Shown: one piece after another, positions 1 through 9,386 of the stretch
Position numbering within the stretch: the stretch's first letter is position 1
Layout: each line of letters opens with the position of its first letter
DNA from: Patescibacteria group bacterium
Lineage (GTDB): Bacteria; Patescibacteriota; UBA1384; 2-12-FULL-50-11
Assembly: GCA_016861245.1 (NCBI GenBank)
Contig: BOKZ01000001.1
Location: 615,006 to 679,005, forward strand
Direction: 5' to 3'
DNA length: 64,000 nucleotides
The notes under the pieces: generated by a model
The model's database searches: none
The model's input: the letters and a program-made list of their open reading frames with translations, nothing else
Told to the model about the DNA's origin: nothing
Program-made: the position numbers and the translations under genes

Positions 1-6
1 AGCAAC

Positions 7-2496
7 ATGAATAGCAATTCGGACAACTTCATAAATAGATTAAGCGAAACCGCTCAGAAGATCCTTACTGATTCAGAGCTGTTCGCTCGGACGCTTCACA
101 GCGGGTTAGATACCCAACACTTACTTACTAGTTTGTCGGCCAACGCCGGCACGCTTGCTTACGAGTGGCTTCGTGAAAGTGGGATTACGCCAGAGCGTAT
201 TAGCTATGTTCTGCACGCAAACGCCGAACAGCTCAAACCGACAGAAATAATTTCAACCGATATTAAGCGAATTCTAAAAATCGCACATCGCAAGGCCTCG
301 CAATATCAAACACCAACAGTTGATACCGAGCACTTACTTTTAGCGCTAACTAGCGCCAAAGATTGTAACGCTTACAGAGTACTCCTGTTATTAGAGATCG
401 ATCCGAAGACGTTGCGAGATCAGCTCGAAGAGTACTTCGAACAAGTTCAAGAAGCAACGATGACAGACGATGGCGAAGATGACGAACCGATCGAGCACGG
501 TCAGTTTCCTTCATTAGGTCGTGAACAACAAAAAACAGCGCCAAAACCGAAAACTGCAACGGAATTTTTCACAACCGATATAACGGCTCTGGCCAAAGAA
601 GGTAAGCTCGACCCTGTTATTGGCAGAAGTAACGAAATTCAGCGGATGACGCAAATTCTAATTCGACGCGTAAAGAATAACCCAATCCTTACCGGTGAAC
701 CAGGCGTTGGTAAAACTGCGATAGTTGAAGGTTTGGCGCAGAGAATCGCCTCTGGTGACGTACCGCAACATTTAGCCGATAAGCGCGTTCTAAGCCTTGA
801 TCTGGCCTTGCTTATCTCCGGTACCACGTATCGAGGGCAATTTGAGGAGCGAACGAAGAAATTAATGGACGAGGTAATAAAAGCCGGCAACGTTATTCTT
901 TTTATCGACGAACTCCACACAATTGTTGGCGCCGGCGCCGCTGAAGGCTCGGTCGATTTATCAAACATCATCAAACCAGCGCTCGCCAAGGGTCAGCTCC
1001 GACTCGTCGGCGCAACGACCAACGACGAGTATCGAAAATATATCGAGAAAGATCCCGCTTTAGAGCGAAGACTACAAAAAATTATCGTCGAGGAACCTTC
1101 AAGCGAAGAGACGGTACTAATTCTTCAGGGACTCAAACCCGTATACGAGAAACACCACGGAGTTACATTTGACGACGAGGCGATCCACGCCGCCGTCGAC
1201 TTATCTAAGCGCTATATCTCAGATCGATTTTTGCCGGACAAAGCGATCGATTTAATCGACGAGGCCGCCGCTGCCGCACAGCTAGAGGAGAAACAGCTGA
1301 AGATTTCTAACCAACTTCAGGAGTTAGAGAGACGCCGCAAGCACGCTCATACCGAGCACATTAAAGCTCGAGATATGGTTGACTACAAAACGGCGATGGA
1401 GTATCGAACGCTTGAACTTCGACTACAAAACGAGATTGAGAAAGTAAAAACCAAATTACCAAAGCGCGTTAAGGCTCGCGTTATTACTCGTGAAGATATC
1501 GCCCGAGTAGTGTCGCTCTGGACCGGAGTTCCGGTTGTGTCATTAGCTAAATCCGACAAAATTCGCCTTTCAAACCTAGAAGCGGCGCTTAAAGCATCGA
1601 TTGTGGGGCAAGATGAGGCTATCAGCTCGATCGCCGCTGCCGTTAAGCGTTCTTCAGTGGGCGTGGCTGATCCGCGCCGTCCGCTCGGTTCGTTCATTTT
1701 CCTCGGACCAACCGGCGTTGGGAAAACCGAATTAGCTAAGGTTCTAGCTCGAGAAGTTTACGGCCGAGAAGAAGCGCTAGTTAAAATTGATATGAGCGAG
1801 TTCATGGAGCGTCACAACGTCTCAAGGCTCGTCGGTGCACCGCCAGGCTACGTCGGCTACGAAGACGCTGGCAAACTAACGGAAACAATTCGTCGTCAGC
1901 CGTACTCGGTAGTATTGCTCGACGAGATCGAGAAAGCCCATCCAGACGTATTTAATATGCTCTTACAAGTAATGGAGGATGGGTACATCACCGATGCAAA
2001 AGGTCGCAAGGTAAACTTCCGCAACACTATTATTATTATGACTTCAAATATCGGTATGGCAGAACTGAATCGCCACGCCGCTATCGGCTTTAAGACCAAC
2101 GAGAATAACCTAGAAGACAAGTACGAATTGGTTAAAAAACACGTCATGGACCGACTCAAAGACAGTTTTCAGCCCGAATTTCTTAACCGGTTAGATAAGA
2201 TTATCGTCTTTAGACCGCTCGGCCAGGAGAATATCCGTCAGATCGTTGAACGACAGCTGCGCGAGTTAAAACTTCGCTTAGCTATGGAGGAGATCGATCT
2301 CCAAGTTGAAAAGACCGCCGAAGAGTTTATCGCCGAGCGCGGATTCGATCCAGAGTTCGGTGCCAGACCGATCCGCCGTGTTATTACCGAATACATCGAA
2401 AATCCGCTCTCAGATTTACTCTTAAGCGGTAAGCTGTCGAAGAAGTCTCCCGTACGTGTACTGCGAAAAGGCGATAAACTAGCGCTTGTTAAATAA
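7..2496 (+). CDS. clpC: ATP-dependent Clp protease ATP-binding subunit (ClpC type)
   Basis: Clp N-domain repeats, two AAA+ modules (GEPGVGKT; GPTGVGKT), GAPPGYVGY and an IGF loop for ClpP binding. Confidence 0.9.
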   Translation: MNSNSDNFINRLSETAQKILTDSELFARTLHSGLDTQHLLTSLSANAGTLAYEWLRESGITPERISYVLHANAEQLKPTEIISTDIKRILKIAHRKASQYQTPTVDTEHLLLALTSAKDCNAYRVLLLLEIDPKTLRDQLEEYFEQVQEATMTDDGEDDEPIEHGQFPSLGREQQKTAPKPKTATEFFTTDITALAKEGKLDPVIGRSNEIQRMTQILIRRVKNNPILTGEPGVGKTAIVEGLAQRIASGDVPQHLADKRVLSLDLALLISGTTYRGQFEERTKKLMDEVIKAGNVILFIDELHTIVGAGAAEGSVDLSNIIKPALAKGQLRLVGATTNDEYRKYIEKDPALERRLQKIIVEEPSSEETVLILQGLKPVYEKHHGVTFDDEAIHAAVDLSKRYISDRFLPDKAIDLIDEAAAAAQLEEKQLKISNQLQELERRRKHAHTEHIKARDMVDYKTAMEYRTLELRLQNEIEKVKTKLPKRVKARVITREDIARVVSLWTGVPVVSLAKSDKIRLSNLEAALKASIVGQDEAISSIAAAVKRSSVGVADPRRPLGSFIFLGPTGVGKTELAKVLAREVYGREEALVKIDMSEFMERHNVSRLVGAPPGYVGYEDAGKLTETIRRQPYSVVLLDEIEKAHPDVFNMLLQVMEDGYITDAKGRKVNFRNTIIIMTSNIGMAELNRHAAIGFKTNENNLEDKYELVKKHVMDRLKDSFQPEFLNRLDKIIVFRPLGQENIRQIVERQLRELKLRLAMEEIDLQVEKTAEEFIAERGFDPEFGARPIRRVITEYIENPLSDLLLSGKLSKKSPVRVLRKGDKLALVK

Positions 2497-2570
2497 CTCT
2501 CTAACTCATTGACTTTTTACCCCCTATATGGTAGGGTAGTTGCGATTTGCACAGGAGGTGCAACGTACAT

Positions 2571-2897
2571 ATGAAAACACGGACGTCAACCATCATTTTC
2601 TTCACAGCCGTAGCGCTGCTCGTCTGGCACTACCACCTCGACCCAGGTGGTGTAGTGCTCTCGGACATCCCCAACGATCCGAACGTCACCGAAGGGTGGC
2701 CGTGGCTCGTTGGCGCGATCGGAATCATTTTGATCCCGTTCGGCTTCCTTGTGAGGCAATACGAAAACGAGCAGTACGAAGCCGCGAAGAAGCAACGGGC
2801 GATATCGCAAGAAACCAAACGACGCCGAGAGCGGAATAGAACTAACCTTCTGATTCGAGTCTCGGCCGAGACTGGCATCCCGCAGTATCGCCGCTAA
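2571..2897 (+). CDS. Small hypothetical membrane protein (2 hydrophobic segments)
   Basis: ATG at 2571 with AGGAGG upstream, TTGACT..TAGGGT promoter, downstream GGGACCC/GGGTCCC-TTTT hairpin. Confidence 0.6.
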   Translation: MKTRTSTIIFFTAVALLVWHYHLDPGGVVLSDIPNDPNVTEGWPWLVGAIGIILIPFGFLVRQYENEQYEAAKKQRAISQETKRRRERNRTNLLIRVSAETGIPQYRR

Positions 2898-2911
2898 CAA
2901 CGTCTTTCCAC

Positions 2912-2952
2912 GGGACCCTAGGACACGTTTACGTGCACCGGGGTCCCTTTTC
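2912..2952 (+). terminator. Intrinsic terminator
   Basis: GGGACCC...GGGTCCC stem followed by a T run. Confidence 0.55.
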
Positions 2953-2991
2953 ATATAAAAAATCGCGCAACGAGTGCGCGAAAATTGTGGC

Positions 2992-3294
2992 TTATGCAGC
3001 CAGTATTGGTTCGAACGGGATTAGCCCCAGCCGACAAGCCGCCCTAAAGGCTTGGACGCGATTATTCACCATCAGCTTGTCGTAGATATTTGCCAAGTGA
3101 AAATCCACGGTTCGCTTTGAGATGAACAGTACATCTGCAGCTTCTTTACTACTGTGTCCTTGAGCGATTAAGCTCAGGACCTCAATTTCGCGCCTAGTTA
3201 AGCGAACAGCGTTTAGAACCGGTCGCTTGACTTGTTGACTGGGGCATAACGCCCCGGGTTTGTCTAAGGTACTACCAATCAATACAGCCTCCAT
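2992..3294 (-). CDS. Stand-alone LuxR/GerE-family HTH regulator
   Basis: LTRREIEVLSLIAQGHSSKEAADVLFISKRTVDFHLANIYDKL is a LuxR C-terminal HTH; no receiver domain. Confidence 0.9.
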   Translation of the reverse strand: MEAVLIGSTLDKPGALCPSQQVKRPVLNAVRLTRREIEVLSLIAQGHSSKEAADVLFISKRTVDFHLANIYDKLMVNNRVQAFRAACRLGLIPFEPILAA

Positions 3295-3360
3295 CCCGAA
3301 GATACGGGGGTTACTAGTGTACTGGAGTTATTGGATTAAGTCTAGCCTCACTAGAGCTAT

Positions 3361-3376
3361 TTCGGCTTCTGTTCGG
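3361..3376. promoter_or_regulatory. Putative LexA operator TTCGG-N6-TTCGG
   Basis: TTCGGcttctgTTCGG, same spacing as the boxes before dinB, lexA and the 4084 gene. Confidence 0.6.
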
Positions 3377-3460
3377 TTTTCCACTTATCCACAATCGAAC
3401 TGTTGTTTCGGAAATTGTTTGGGGATAAGTAACAAAAATGCGCCCGATTGGGCGCTCTGG

Positions 3461-4006
3461 TTAGGTTCTTCTGAGAATTAACTTGATGGCGTCATGGAGA
3501 CGCCGCTTATCATTCACCTCGTTGATGATTGTGAAGTCGGCCACGGCGATTGGACCACCTTTGGCACTATTTTCGATCTCAGCTCGATCCCTAGCTTCAG
3601 CTTCCTCGGCTGTGAGCGGCCGCATCCGGCGAACAGCAAGACGTTCTTTGCGCACCCTCGGCGACGCGTAGACGCACAGAACCTGAAGTTGCGGAAACTC
3701 TTCGCGAAGAATGAGTAGTTCGTCCCAGCTATAGAGCCCGTCTATCACCGTATCACCCTTCTCGAACGCCACCCGGATTCGGTCGATGTTTAGGATAGCG
3801 TACGCCGCCATACCTAAACGAGCGCGAAATTCTTCCCGTACCGTCCGCTCACTTGCTTCACCTGACGGCATCCCTCGTTTTTCTACCTCGTCCAGCGTTA
3901 CCTGCCCGAAGTAGATTTTTTGGTACCCGACCGAAACCAAAAAATCACAGACCTCGCCCTTGCCTGACCCAGACATACCAACGACAGCAATTAGCTTGTT
4001 TCCCAT
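3461..4006 (-). CDS. P-loop kinase, dephospho-CoA kinase-like (UPF0200/AAA family)
   Basis: VVGMSGSGKG Walker A, VIDG and ADFTIIN motifs; probable start MGNKL at 4006. Confidence 0.7.
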   Translation of the reverse strand: MGNKLIAVVGMSGSGKGEVCDFLVSVGYQKIYFGQVTLDEVEKRGMPSGEASERTVREEFRARLGMAAYAILNIDRIRVAFEKGDTVIDGLYSWDELLILREEFPQLQVLCVYASPRVRKERLAVRRMRPLTAEEAEARDRAEIENSAKGGPIAVADFTIINEVNDKRRLHDAIKLILRRT

Positions 4007-4047
4007 AATAGGTACACCTCTGTACTGGGAGAAAGTATAACAAAAAC

Positions 4048-4077
4048 TTGCATATTCGGGAATTGTTCGGGTACGGT
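4048..4077 (+). promoter_or_regulatory. Promoter with LexA operator (TTCGG-N6-TTCGG at 4055-4070)
   Basis: TTGCAT(-35) aTTCGGgaattgTTCGGg TACGGT(-10); ATG follows 6 nt after the -10. Confidence 0.75.
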
Positions 4078-4083
4078 AGGAAT

Positions 4084-4344
4084 ATGCAATTCTCAACCGC
4101 CGTTGAAGAGATTAACGAGCCGATTAAGGTTTTAGCTAGTTTCGACGCCGGTCGATTACGACTCCATACCTTTCTTTGGAACGATCGCATCTATAAGGTC
4201 GATCGATTTAATTTACTACATATCTCTAAAGACGGCGCCGGGCAAAGATATCATTATTGCGTTAGCTCAGCCGGTAACGACTACCAACTACGCTTTAACC
4301 CAATCGATCTCGAGTGGCGCCTTGAAAAAGTCTGTACTGGGTAA
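4084..4344 (+). CDS. Small SOS-regulated beta-rich protein (DUF6504-like)
   Basis: 86 aa with pattern F.W..R.YKV...Y.L.F.....W.L; preceded by a perfect LexA box. Confidence 0.6.
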   Translation: MQFSTAVEEINEPIKVLASFDAGRLRLHTFLWNDRIYKVDRFNLLHISKDGAGQRYHYCVSSAGNDYQLRFNPIDLEWRLEKVCTG

Positions 4345-4371
4345 TAAAAAAACCCAAGCAAATACTTGGGA

Positions 4372-4683
4372 TTACGGACGAACGGTAATGAGAGGGTGAA
4401 GGCGTCTAAAGCGGTTAACGTCGCTGTATGCTAGCTCAGCGCGATACCCACTGCCTACTAACCAGTAACGCGGCTGCTTGGGATCAAACAAGTCCTCGAT
4501 AACGGCGCAGCTTTTGCAAAAAGCAAAATGAAAACAGATAAGCCACAGCGGGATGCTGCACGGCCCCAGAAAGCAAAAGAGTGCCGTTCCGAGCACGGCA
4601 GTGACGATTAGGTAATGAATATTACCGTTTCGTACGTTTTCGATCGTGCCAATCGGGAGCTCTGAGAAGTCTTGATAAGTCAT
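4372..4683 (-). CDS. Hypothetical membrane protein
   Basis: Own TATACT promoter, GGAG RBS and terminator (about 4345-4371); two hydrophobic segments. Confidence 0.55.
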   Translation of the reverse strand: MTYQDFSELPIGTIENVRNGNIHYLIVTAVLGTALFCFLGPCSIPLWLICFHFAFCKSCAVIEDLFDPKQPRYWLVGSGYRAELAYSDVNRFRRLHPLITVRP

Positions 4684-4771
4684 ATACTCTCCAGGTACAA
4701 ATGTCGGGTTAGTATAGCAAACCGGCGCCTGCTTGTCAGTAAAAAAACTGGGCGGTTGCCCAGTTGGTATA

Positions 4772-5098
4772 TTAGTTTTCTGAGATGCGTTCGAGAGAGT
4801 GCCTCACCTGGAGCTCTTCGATTTTTGCCTCATCGATCGGTGCGCTGTAGCCGCGATACTGGATCTCCCAAACGCTTGATCGCTTATCGTTGGGGTCGTC
4901 GCGCCTAATAACTCGCAACGGGTGCCGCCACTGATAGAGAGCTAGCATCAGCCCAACAAGCCCCGAAGCGGCGGCGAGCCAGACGTTGTTAAGCCCGATA
5001 CCGCACAACGCAGCTACTAAACTCATCGAGAGGAACCAGAGTCCGCCTCGAATCTTATTTCTTTCGTACATTCGAACAACATCGTTATACATCGGCAT
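4772..5098 (-). CDS. Hypothetical membrane protein
   Basis: GGAGG before ATG 5098, two TM segments, terminator at about 4741-4765. Confidence 0.55.
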   Translation of the reverse strand: MPMYNDVVRMYERNKIRGGLWFLSMSLVAALCGIGLNNVWLAAASGLVGLMLALYQWRHPLRVIRRDDPNDKRSSVWEIQYRGYSAPIDEAKIEELQVRHSLERISEN

Positions 5099-5157
5099 CA
5101 GCCAACCTCCAAAGAACAAATTCACTTCGATCTTACACTAATTGTCAAAAACGCTAA

Positions 5158-5185
5158 TTGACGTTCGGGTTTTGTTCGGTATTGT
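5158..5185 (+). promoter_or_regulatory. dinB promoter with LexA operator (5164-5179)
   Basis: TTGACG TTCGGgttttgTTCGG TATTGT. Confidence 0.8.
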
Positions 5186-5290
5186 AAGAATAATGGATAT
5201 TGTCGACGTTATCGTTGCGGTGTACGCGAGTGGGGGGTAAGTGAGTATTATTTTACATCTCGATATCTCGCCCTGCGGGCTCGTCTCCAA

Positions 5291-6556
5291 ATGAAAGAAT
5301 CAAAGATTCTCCATTTGGATATGAACTCGTATTTTGCGGCGATGGAGCAGCAAGCGTACCCAAATTTGCGCGGTAAACCGATCGGTGTCGCCGGTAAGGG
5401 TAAAAGCGAGCGGACAGTGATCGTCGGCGCATCGATCGAGGCGAAGAAATTTGGTATTACTTCTGGAACGCCAGGTTGGGAAGCGCTAAAACTCTGTCCA
5501 CAACTAATTATCATTCCCGCCGATTACAGCCGTTACGTCTACACTAGTCGCAAAATATTTAGTTTATTAGAGCGCTTTAGTCCAACGGTCGAGGTTTTTT
5601 CGATCGACGAGGCGTTCATCGATCTCGGCAACGCTTGTTCCTGGGAGGACGCGCTACAAATAGCTAAACAAATTAAGCAATTAATTCGAACCCAGGTTGG
5701 GGAGTGGATGAGCTGCTCGGTTGGTATATCGTACGGACGAACGCTCGCGAAGCTCGGTAGCGAACTTCAAAAACCGGACGGTCTGGTTTTAATTAGACCC
5801 GAAGACTTCGCTGAAATAGCGGAGAGAACGCCGATCGAGAAGCTCTGCGGCATCGGCTGGCGACTACGACCGCGCTTGAATCAACTCGGTGTTACCACTA
5901 TTGCCCAGTTGGGGAGGTTACCGAAAAGCACGCTAGTTAGTGTTTTTGGTGATCACACCGGTAACTGGCTCCATAGTATCGGTAACGGTATCGAGAGCAG
6001 ACGCCTGCGCTCGTTTCACGACTTGCCGCAAGAAAAATCGATCAGTCACGCCTATACGCTGCCACGCGATATTACTCATACCGCCGACGTTCGCAGAGTC
6101 TTACTACTTTTATCTGAACGAGTCGGTGTACGGTTGCGTAAAAAAGGACTAATGGCTAGAAGCGTTTCTGTTTATTTGCGCTTTGGCGACAGAACTGGCT
6201 GGGCAACGCGATCAACTGGTAAGGAATATTTCCTCGACGGTTACCGAATTTACCAGTTAGCGCTCAAGCAGCTCGAAAAAATCCCGAGCCAGAAGTCTAT
6301 CCGATTAGTTTCAGTGGCGGTGACTGAACTGTGTCGTCAAACGGAGATCGCTCAACCGCTCTTTCCGGAAAGTCGACAAGCGGAACGAGTTGTATTAGCT
6401 ATGGATCGAATTAACCATAAATACGGCGAGCTCACCGTTTATCGCGGCAGTTTGCTCGGTGTTAAGCAGAAGATATTTAACTTACCAGACGGACGAAATC
6501 ATCGACTCTATGTTCCAAAAATTAGCGAGATTAATCCGTTCCTGAAGCGGTTTTAG
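5291..6556 (+). CDS. dinB: DNA polymerase IV (Y family)
   Basis: ILHLDMNSYFA, SIDEAF and C-terminal little-finger domain. Confidence 0.93.
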   Translation: MKESKILHLDMNSYFAAMEQQAYPNLRGKPIGVAGKGKSERTVIVGASIEAKKFGITSGTPGWEALKLCPQLIIIPADYSRYVYTSRKIFSLLERFSPTVEVFSIDEAFIDLGNACSWEDALQIAKQIKQLIRTQVGEWMSCSVGISYGRTLAKLGSELQKPDGLVLIRPEDFAEIAERTPIEKLCGIGWRLRPRLNQLGVTTIAQLGRLPKSTLVSVFGDHTGNWLHSIGNGIESRRLRSFHDLPQEKSISHAYTLPRDITHTADVRRVLLLLSERVGVRLRKKGLMARSVSVYLRFGDRTGWATRSTGKEYFLDGYRIYQLALKQLEKIPSQKSIRLVSVAVTELCRQTEIAQPLFPESRQAERVVLAMDRINHKYGELTVYRGSLLGVKQKIFNLPDGRNHRLYVPKISEINPFLKRF

Positions 6557-6571
6557 GTTTAATATCTGCTA

Positions 6572-6601
6572 TTGACACGTTCGGTTTTTGTTCGCTACTG
6601 T
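6572..6601 (+). promoter_or_regulatory. lexA promoter with autoregulatory operator (6580-6595)
   Basis: TTGACA cg TTCGGtttttgTTCGC TACTGT. Confidence 0.8.
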
Positions 6602-6607
6602 GAATAT

Positions 6608-7210
6608 ATGTTAACGCCAAAACAAAAATTAATTTTAGACTTCGTTGAGCAATTTATTAACGAAAACGACTACGCGCCAAGCTATCGTGAGATCGCCGAG
6701 CATTTTGGCTTTAGTTCGGTTGCAACTGTAGCCGAACACATTGAAAATTTACGACTCAAAGGTTACTTAGCCAACCAAGATACCGGATACCGTTCGCTTA
6801 AAGTTACTAATATCGATGTCGAGCCAGATAGCGGCTTATTTACAATCGCCGTACCGCTACTTGGTGCAATTAGGGCGGGTAAACCGGTCGAGGCAGTACG
6901 AACTAACGAAACGCTTGAGGTGCCGAGAGATATGATGGGTAAAAACGTGTTTGCGCTTAAGGTTCGCGGCGATTCGATGATGGATGACGGTATTTTGGAT
7001 GGTGATTTTGTGGTGGTTGAGCCGTGTCAGAACCCAAAAAATGGCGATATTGTGGTTGCGTTAATTAATAAAGACGAAGTTACCCTAAAACGTTTCTACC
7101 GTGAGAAAGATCATATTCGCTTACAACCGGCCAATAAGAAGTACCAGCCGATCCGAGTTAAAAAGGTGAGTATTCAGGGTAAAGTACGCGGCGTAATCCG
7201 GAAGTTCTAA
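6608..7210 (+). CDS. lexA: SOS repressor LexA
   Basis: N-terminal wHTH (PSYREIA), Ala-Gly cleavage site (IRAG), VRGDSM and TLKRF catalytic Ser/Lys; start at ATG 6608. Confidence 0.95.
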   Translation: MLTPKQKLILDFVEQFINENDYAPSYREIAEHFGFSSVATVAEHIENLRLKGYLANQDTGYRSLKVTNIDVEPDSGLFTIAVPLLGAIRAGKPVEAVRTNETLEVPRDMMGKNVFALKVRGDSMMDDGILDGDFVVVEPCQNPKNGDIVVALINKDEVTLKRFYREKDHIRLQPANKKYQPIRVKKVSIQGKVRGVIRKF

Positions 7211-7288
7211 CATCAGCTGTCTGTAAAAGTTGAGTAATAATCTGGCTAATGGTATATGTCAGATATGAAGCAATGGGGGAGTCGGTAA

Positions 7289-7528
7289 ATGGCCAAAAAA
7301 GCCTCTCGGAAGTTTTTCTTGTTCGGGAAGTATTCTTTGGCGTTGCTGCTACCTAAGAAATGGCTAACAGAACTCGGCGCCGACCGAAAAACAACTGTGA
7401 CCTTAGAATACGATCATAAGAAAAAACGAATCATTGTTAAATTCTCGCCAACAAGTAGCCCAAAGAGTAAAAAACCCAAAAAAGATAAACAGCTAGACGA
7501 AACCTGGCAACCAATACCGCAGATCTAA
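7289..7528 (+). CDS. Small AbrB/MazE-like (swapped hairpin) protein
   Basis: GKYSLALLLPKKW..LG pattern. Confidence 0.5.
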   Translation: MAKKASRKFFLFGKYSLALLLPKKWLTELGADRKTTVTLEYDHKKKRIIVKFSPTSSPKSKKPKKDKQLDETWQPIPQI

Positions 7529-7612
7529 CTTCGAGATCAACACACAGCTCAGGGGGGATCCACGAATTTACTATTTGTCAGTTGAGACGAACGAGGTTAC
7601 GATAGGGATAAT

Positions 7613-8140
7613 ATGGCGAGGGATTTTGATTTTCGTAGAACTCCTACAACAAAACCTATTATCAAGACTCCGGTTACTCCGGCGCCCGTTGCGCGACCTC
7701 CTATTCAGAGCGCACAGCCGATAAAACGATCCAAAAACGTTAGCTGGGTTGCTGTTGTGGTGATTCTGGCAGTATTTGCGGTTGGACTCGGACTATACTA
7801 CCAATCGCTGCAGGCACCAAGGTCCAACGTACAAACGAACTCAGAAAGTTCTGTAGAACAGCAGTCGGAGAAAAAGCAGTTGGTGGTTGATGTATTTGAT
7901 GGCGGTGCCGGTACAGACGTTCTGTCAACTACAGTCGCAACGCTCAAACAGAACGGTTTTACCGTTACAGATTCAGGGAAAGCACAGTTCGAATACGATA
8001 AGACGTATATTTGGTACGTAACTGGGTTTGAGAGCGACGCACAAAAGATTGCTTCATTACTAAGTAGTAGAAAAACTGTACTGAAAGAATCTAAGGTCAG
8101 CGGCGGTTTCACCATACAAATCCAATTAGGAAAGGAATAA
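7613..8140 (+). CDS. Membrane-anchored LytR C-terminal domain protein
   Basis: One TM, then V.V.DGG...L...GF...G.A..T.I.Y...A..IA..L...I.LG. Confidence 0.75.
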   Translation: MARDFDFRRTPTTKPIIKTPVTPAPVARPPIQSAQPIKRSKNVSWVAVVVILAVFAVGLGLYYQSLQAPRSNVQTNSESSVEQQSEKKQLVVDVFDGGAGTDVLSTTVATLKQNGFTVTDSGKAQFEYDKTYIWYVTGFESDAQKIASLLSSRKTVLKESKVSGGFTIQIQLGKE

Positions 8141-8655
8141 TGAGCATTAACTACTCAAATCAGCGGGTTGGGGTCTTCGTCGACGTCCAGAACTTGTATT
8201 ACAGCGCCAGGGCGATGTACGACGCTAACGTTAACTTCGGACGGATACTGGAAACAGCAGCGAACGGACGTCAGCTTATTAGAGCGATCGCGTATGTTAT
8301 TAAATCTGAAGCGCCGAAAGAACAGGGCTTTTTTGACGCACTCGAAAAAGCCGGCTTTGAAGTGAAGTCAAAAGACATTCAGGTGTTCGCTGACGGTCAG
8401 AAAAAAGGGGATTGGGACGTCGGCGTTGCGATCGATGCAATAAAAATTGCGGACCGGCTTGATGTAGTAGTACTAGTTACTGGTGACGGCGATTTTATCC
8501 CGTTAGTAACGTACCTGCGTGAAAATCGCGGCTGTCGGGTAGAGGGTGTAGCGTTCGGGCGAAGTACCTCGAGTAAACTAATCGAATCACTAGATTCATT
8601 CGTTGACATCGACGACGACAAGCGCGGTTTTTTATTTAAAAGTCGAGGGAAGTAA
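8140..8655 (+). CDS. NYN domain (LabA/DUF88) protein
   Basis: VFVDVQNL, KKGDWDV..AIDA, TGDGDF motifs. Confidence 0.9.
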   Translation: MSINYSNQRVGVFVDVQNLYYSARAMYDANVNFGRILETAANGRQLIRAIAYVIKSEAPKEQGFFDALEKAGFEVKSKDIQVFADGQKKGDWDVGVAIDAIKIADRLDVVVLVTGDGDFIPLVTYLRENRGCRVEGVAFGRSTSSKLIESLDSFVDIDDDKRGFLFKSRGK

Positions 8656-9386
8656 TGTTAAAAGTTCGCGATCTACAAATTCCACTCACGCATTCCACCG
8701 ACGGTCTGTCGTTTCAATTGCAATCTGGTGAAATTTTAGGAGTTATCGGAAAAAACTCATCGGGAAAAAGCGAACTACTAGAGTGTTTGGCGACTCCTTC
8801 TCTAGCTCGCTCGGGCAGTGTATCGATAAATAATGTGGACGCTCTACAAGAATCTCTTAAGTACAGGCATTTGATCGGGTATCTACCGAACCCCGTAATT
8901 ATCGAGCCACACCTCACCGGCATCGAGTTTCTTGAGTTAATAAGCGGAAGCTACGAGTTATCGCCGAAGGATCGAACTGAACAGATCTTGAAACTAGCCG
9001 AAGAGTTAGGCTGTCACTCTGAAATGTTTACGTTAATTGAGCGACTCTCGAATTCAACTAAACAAAAAATTGCGTTTATCGCGACGCTGCTTCACTCACC
9101 GAGAGTTCTCTTCTTAGATGAACCTTGGCAGTTTCTCGACTGGAGCGGCCAAGAAGCAGTGACTCAGATTATCAAAAACCAGCAAGTTGAGGGACGTGTT
9201 GTTGTTATTTCGAGCAACGACCTCGATCGTCTAGAGGAGCTGACAAAACAATATCTCGTACTAGACGAGGGTGCCACGCTGGCGATGGGGACTCTTACAG
9301 AGCTAGCGAACAGTACGCGGTCCAAATCAAAATCACTGCCCGACATTTGGCGCTCAATGGAAAAAATTGGCCATTTGCGTGAGTAA
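8655..9386 (+). CDS. ABC transporter ATP-binding protein (degenerate signature)
   Basis: GKNSSGKS, LFLDEP; signature LSNSTKQ and H-loop SSND deviate from consensus. Confidence 0.8.
   Translation: MLKVRDLQIPLTHSTDGLSFQLQSGEILGVIGKNSSGKSELLECLATPSLARSGSVSINNVDALQESLKYRHLIGYLPNPVIIEPHLTGIEFLELISGSYELSPKDRTEQILKLAEELGCHSEMFTLIERLSNSTKQKIAFIATLLHSPRVLFLDEPWQFLDWSGQEAVTQIIKNQQVEGRVVVISSNDLDRLEELTKQYLVLDEGATLAMGTLTELANSTRSKSKSLPDIWRSMEKIGHLRE

Noticed and set aside
3377-3428. oriC suggested by DnaA boxes
   Set aside because: Only two good boxes, no dnaA/dnaN nearby, and gene orientation indicates the terminus region rather than an origin.
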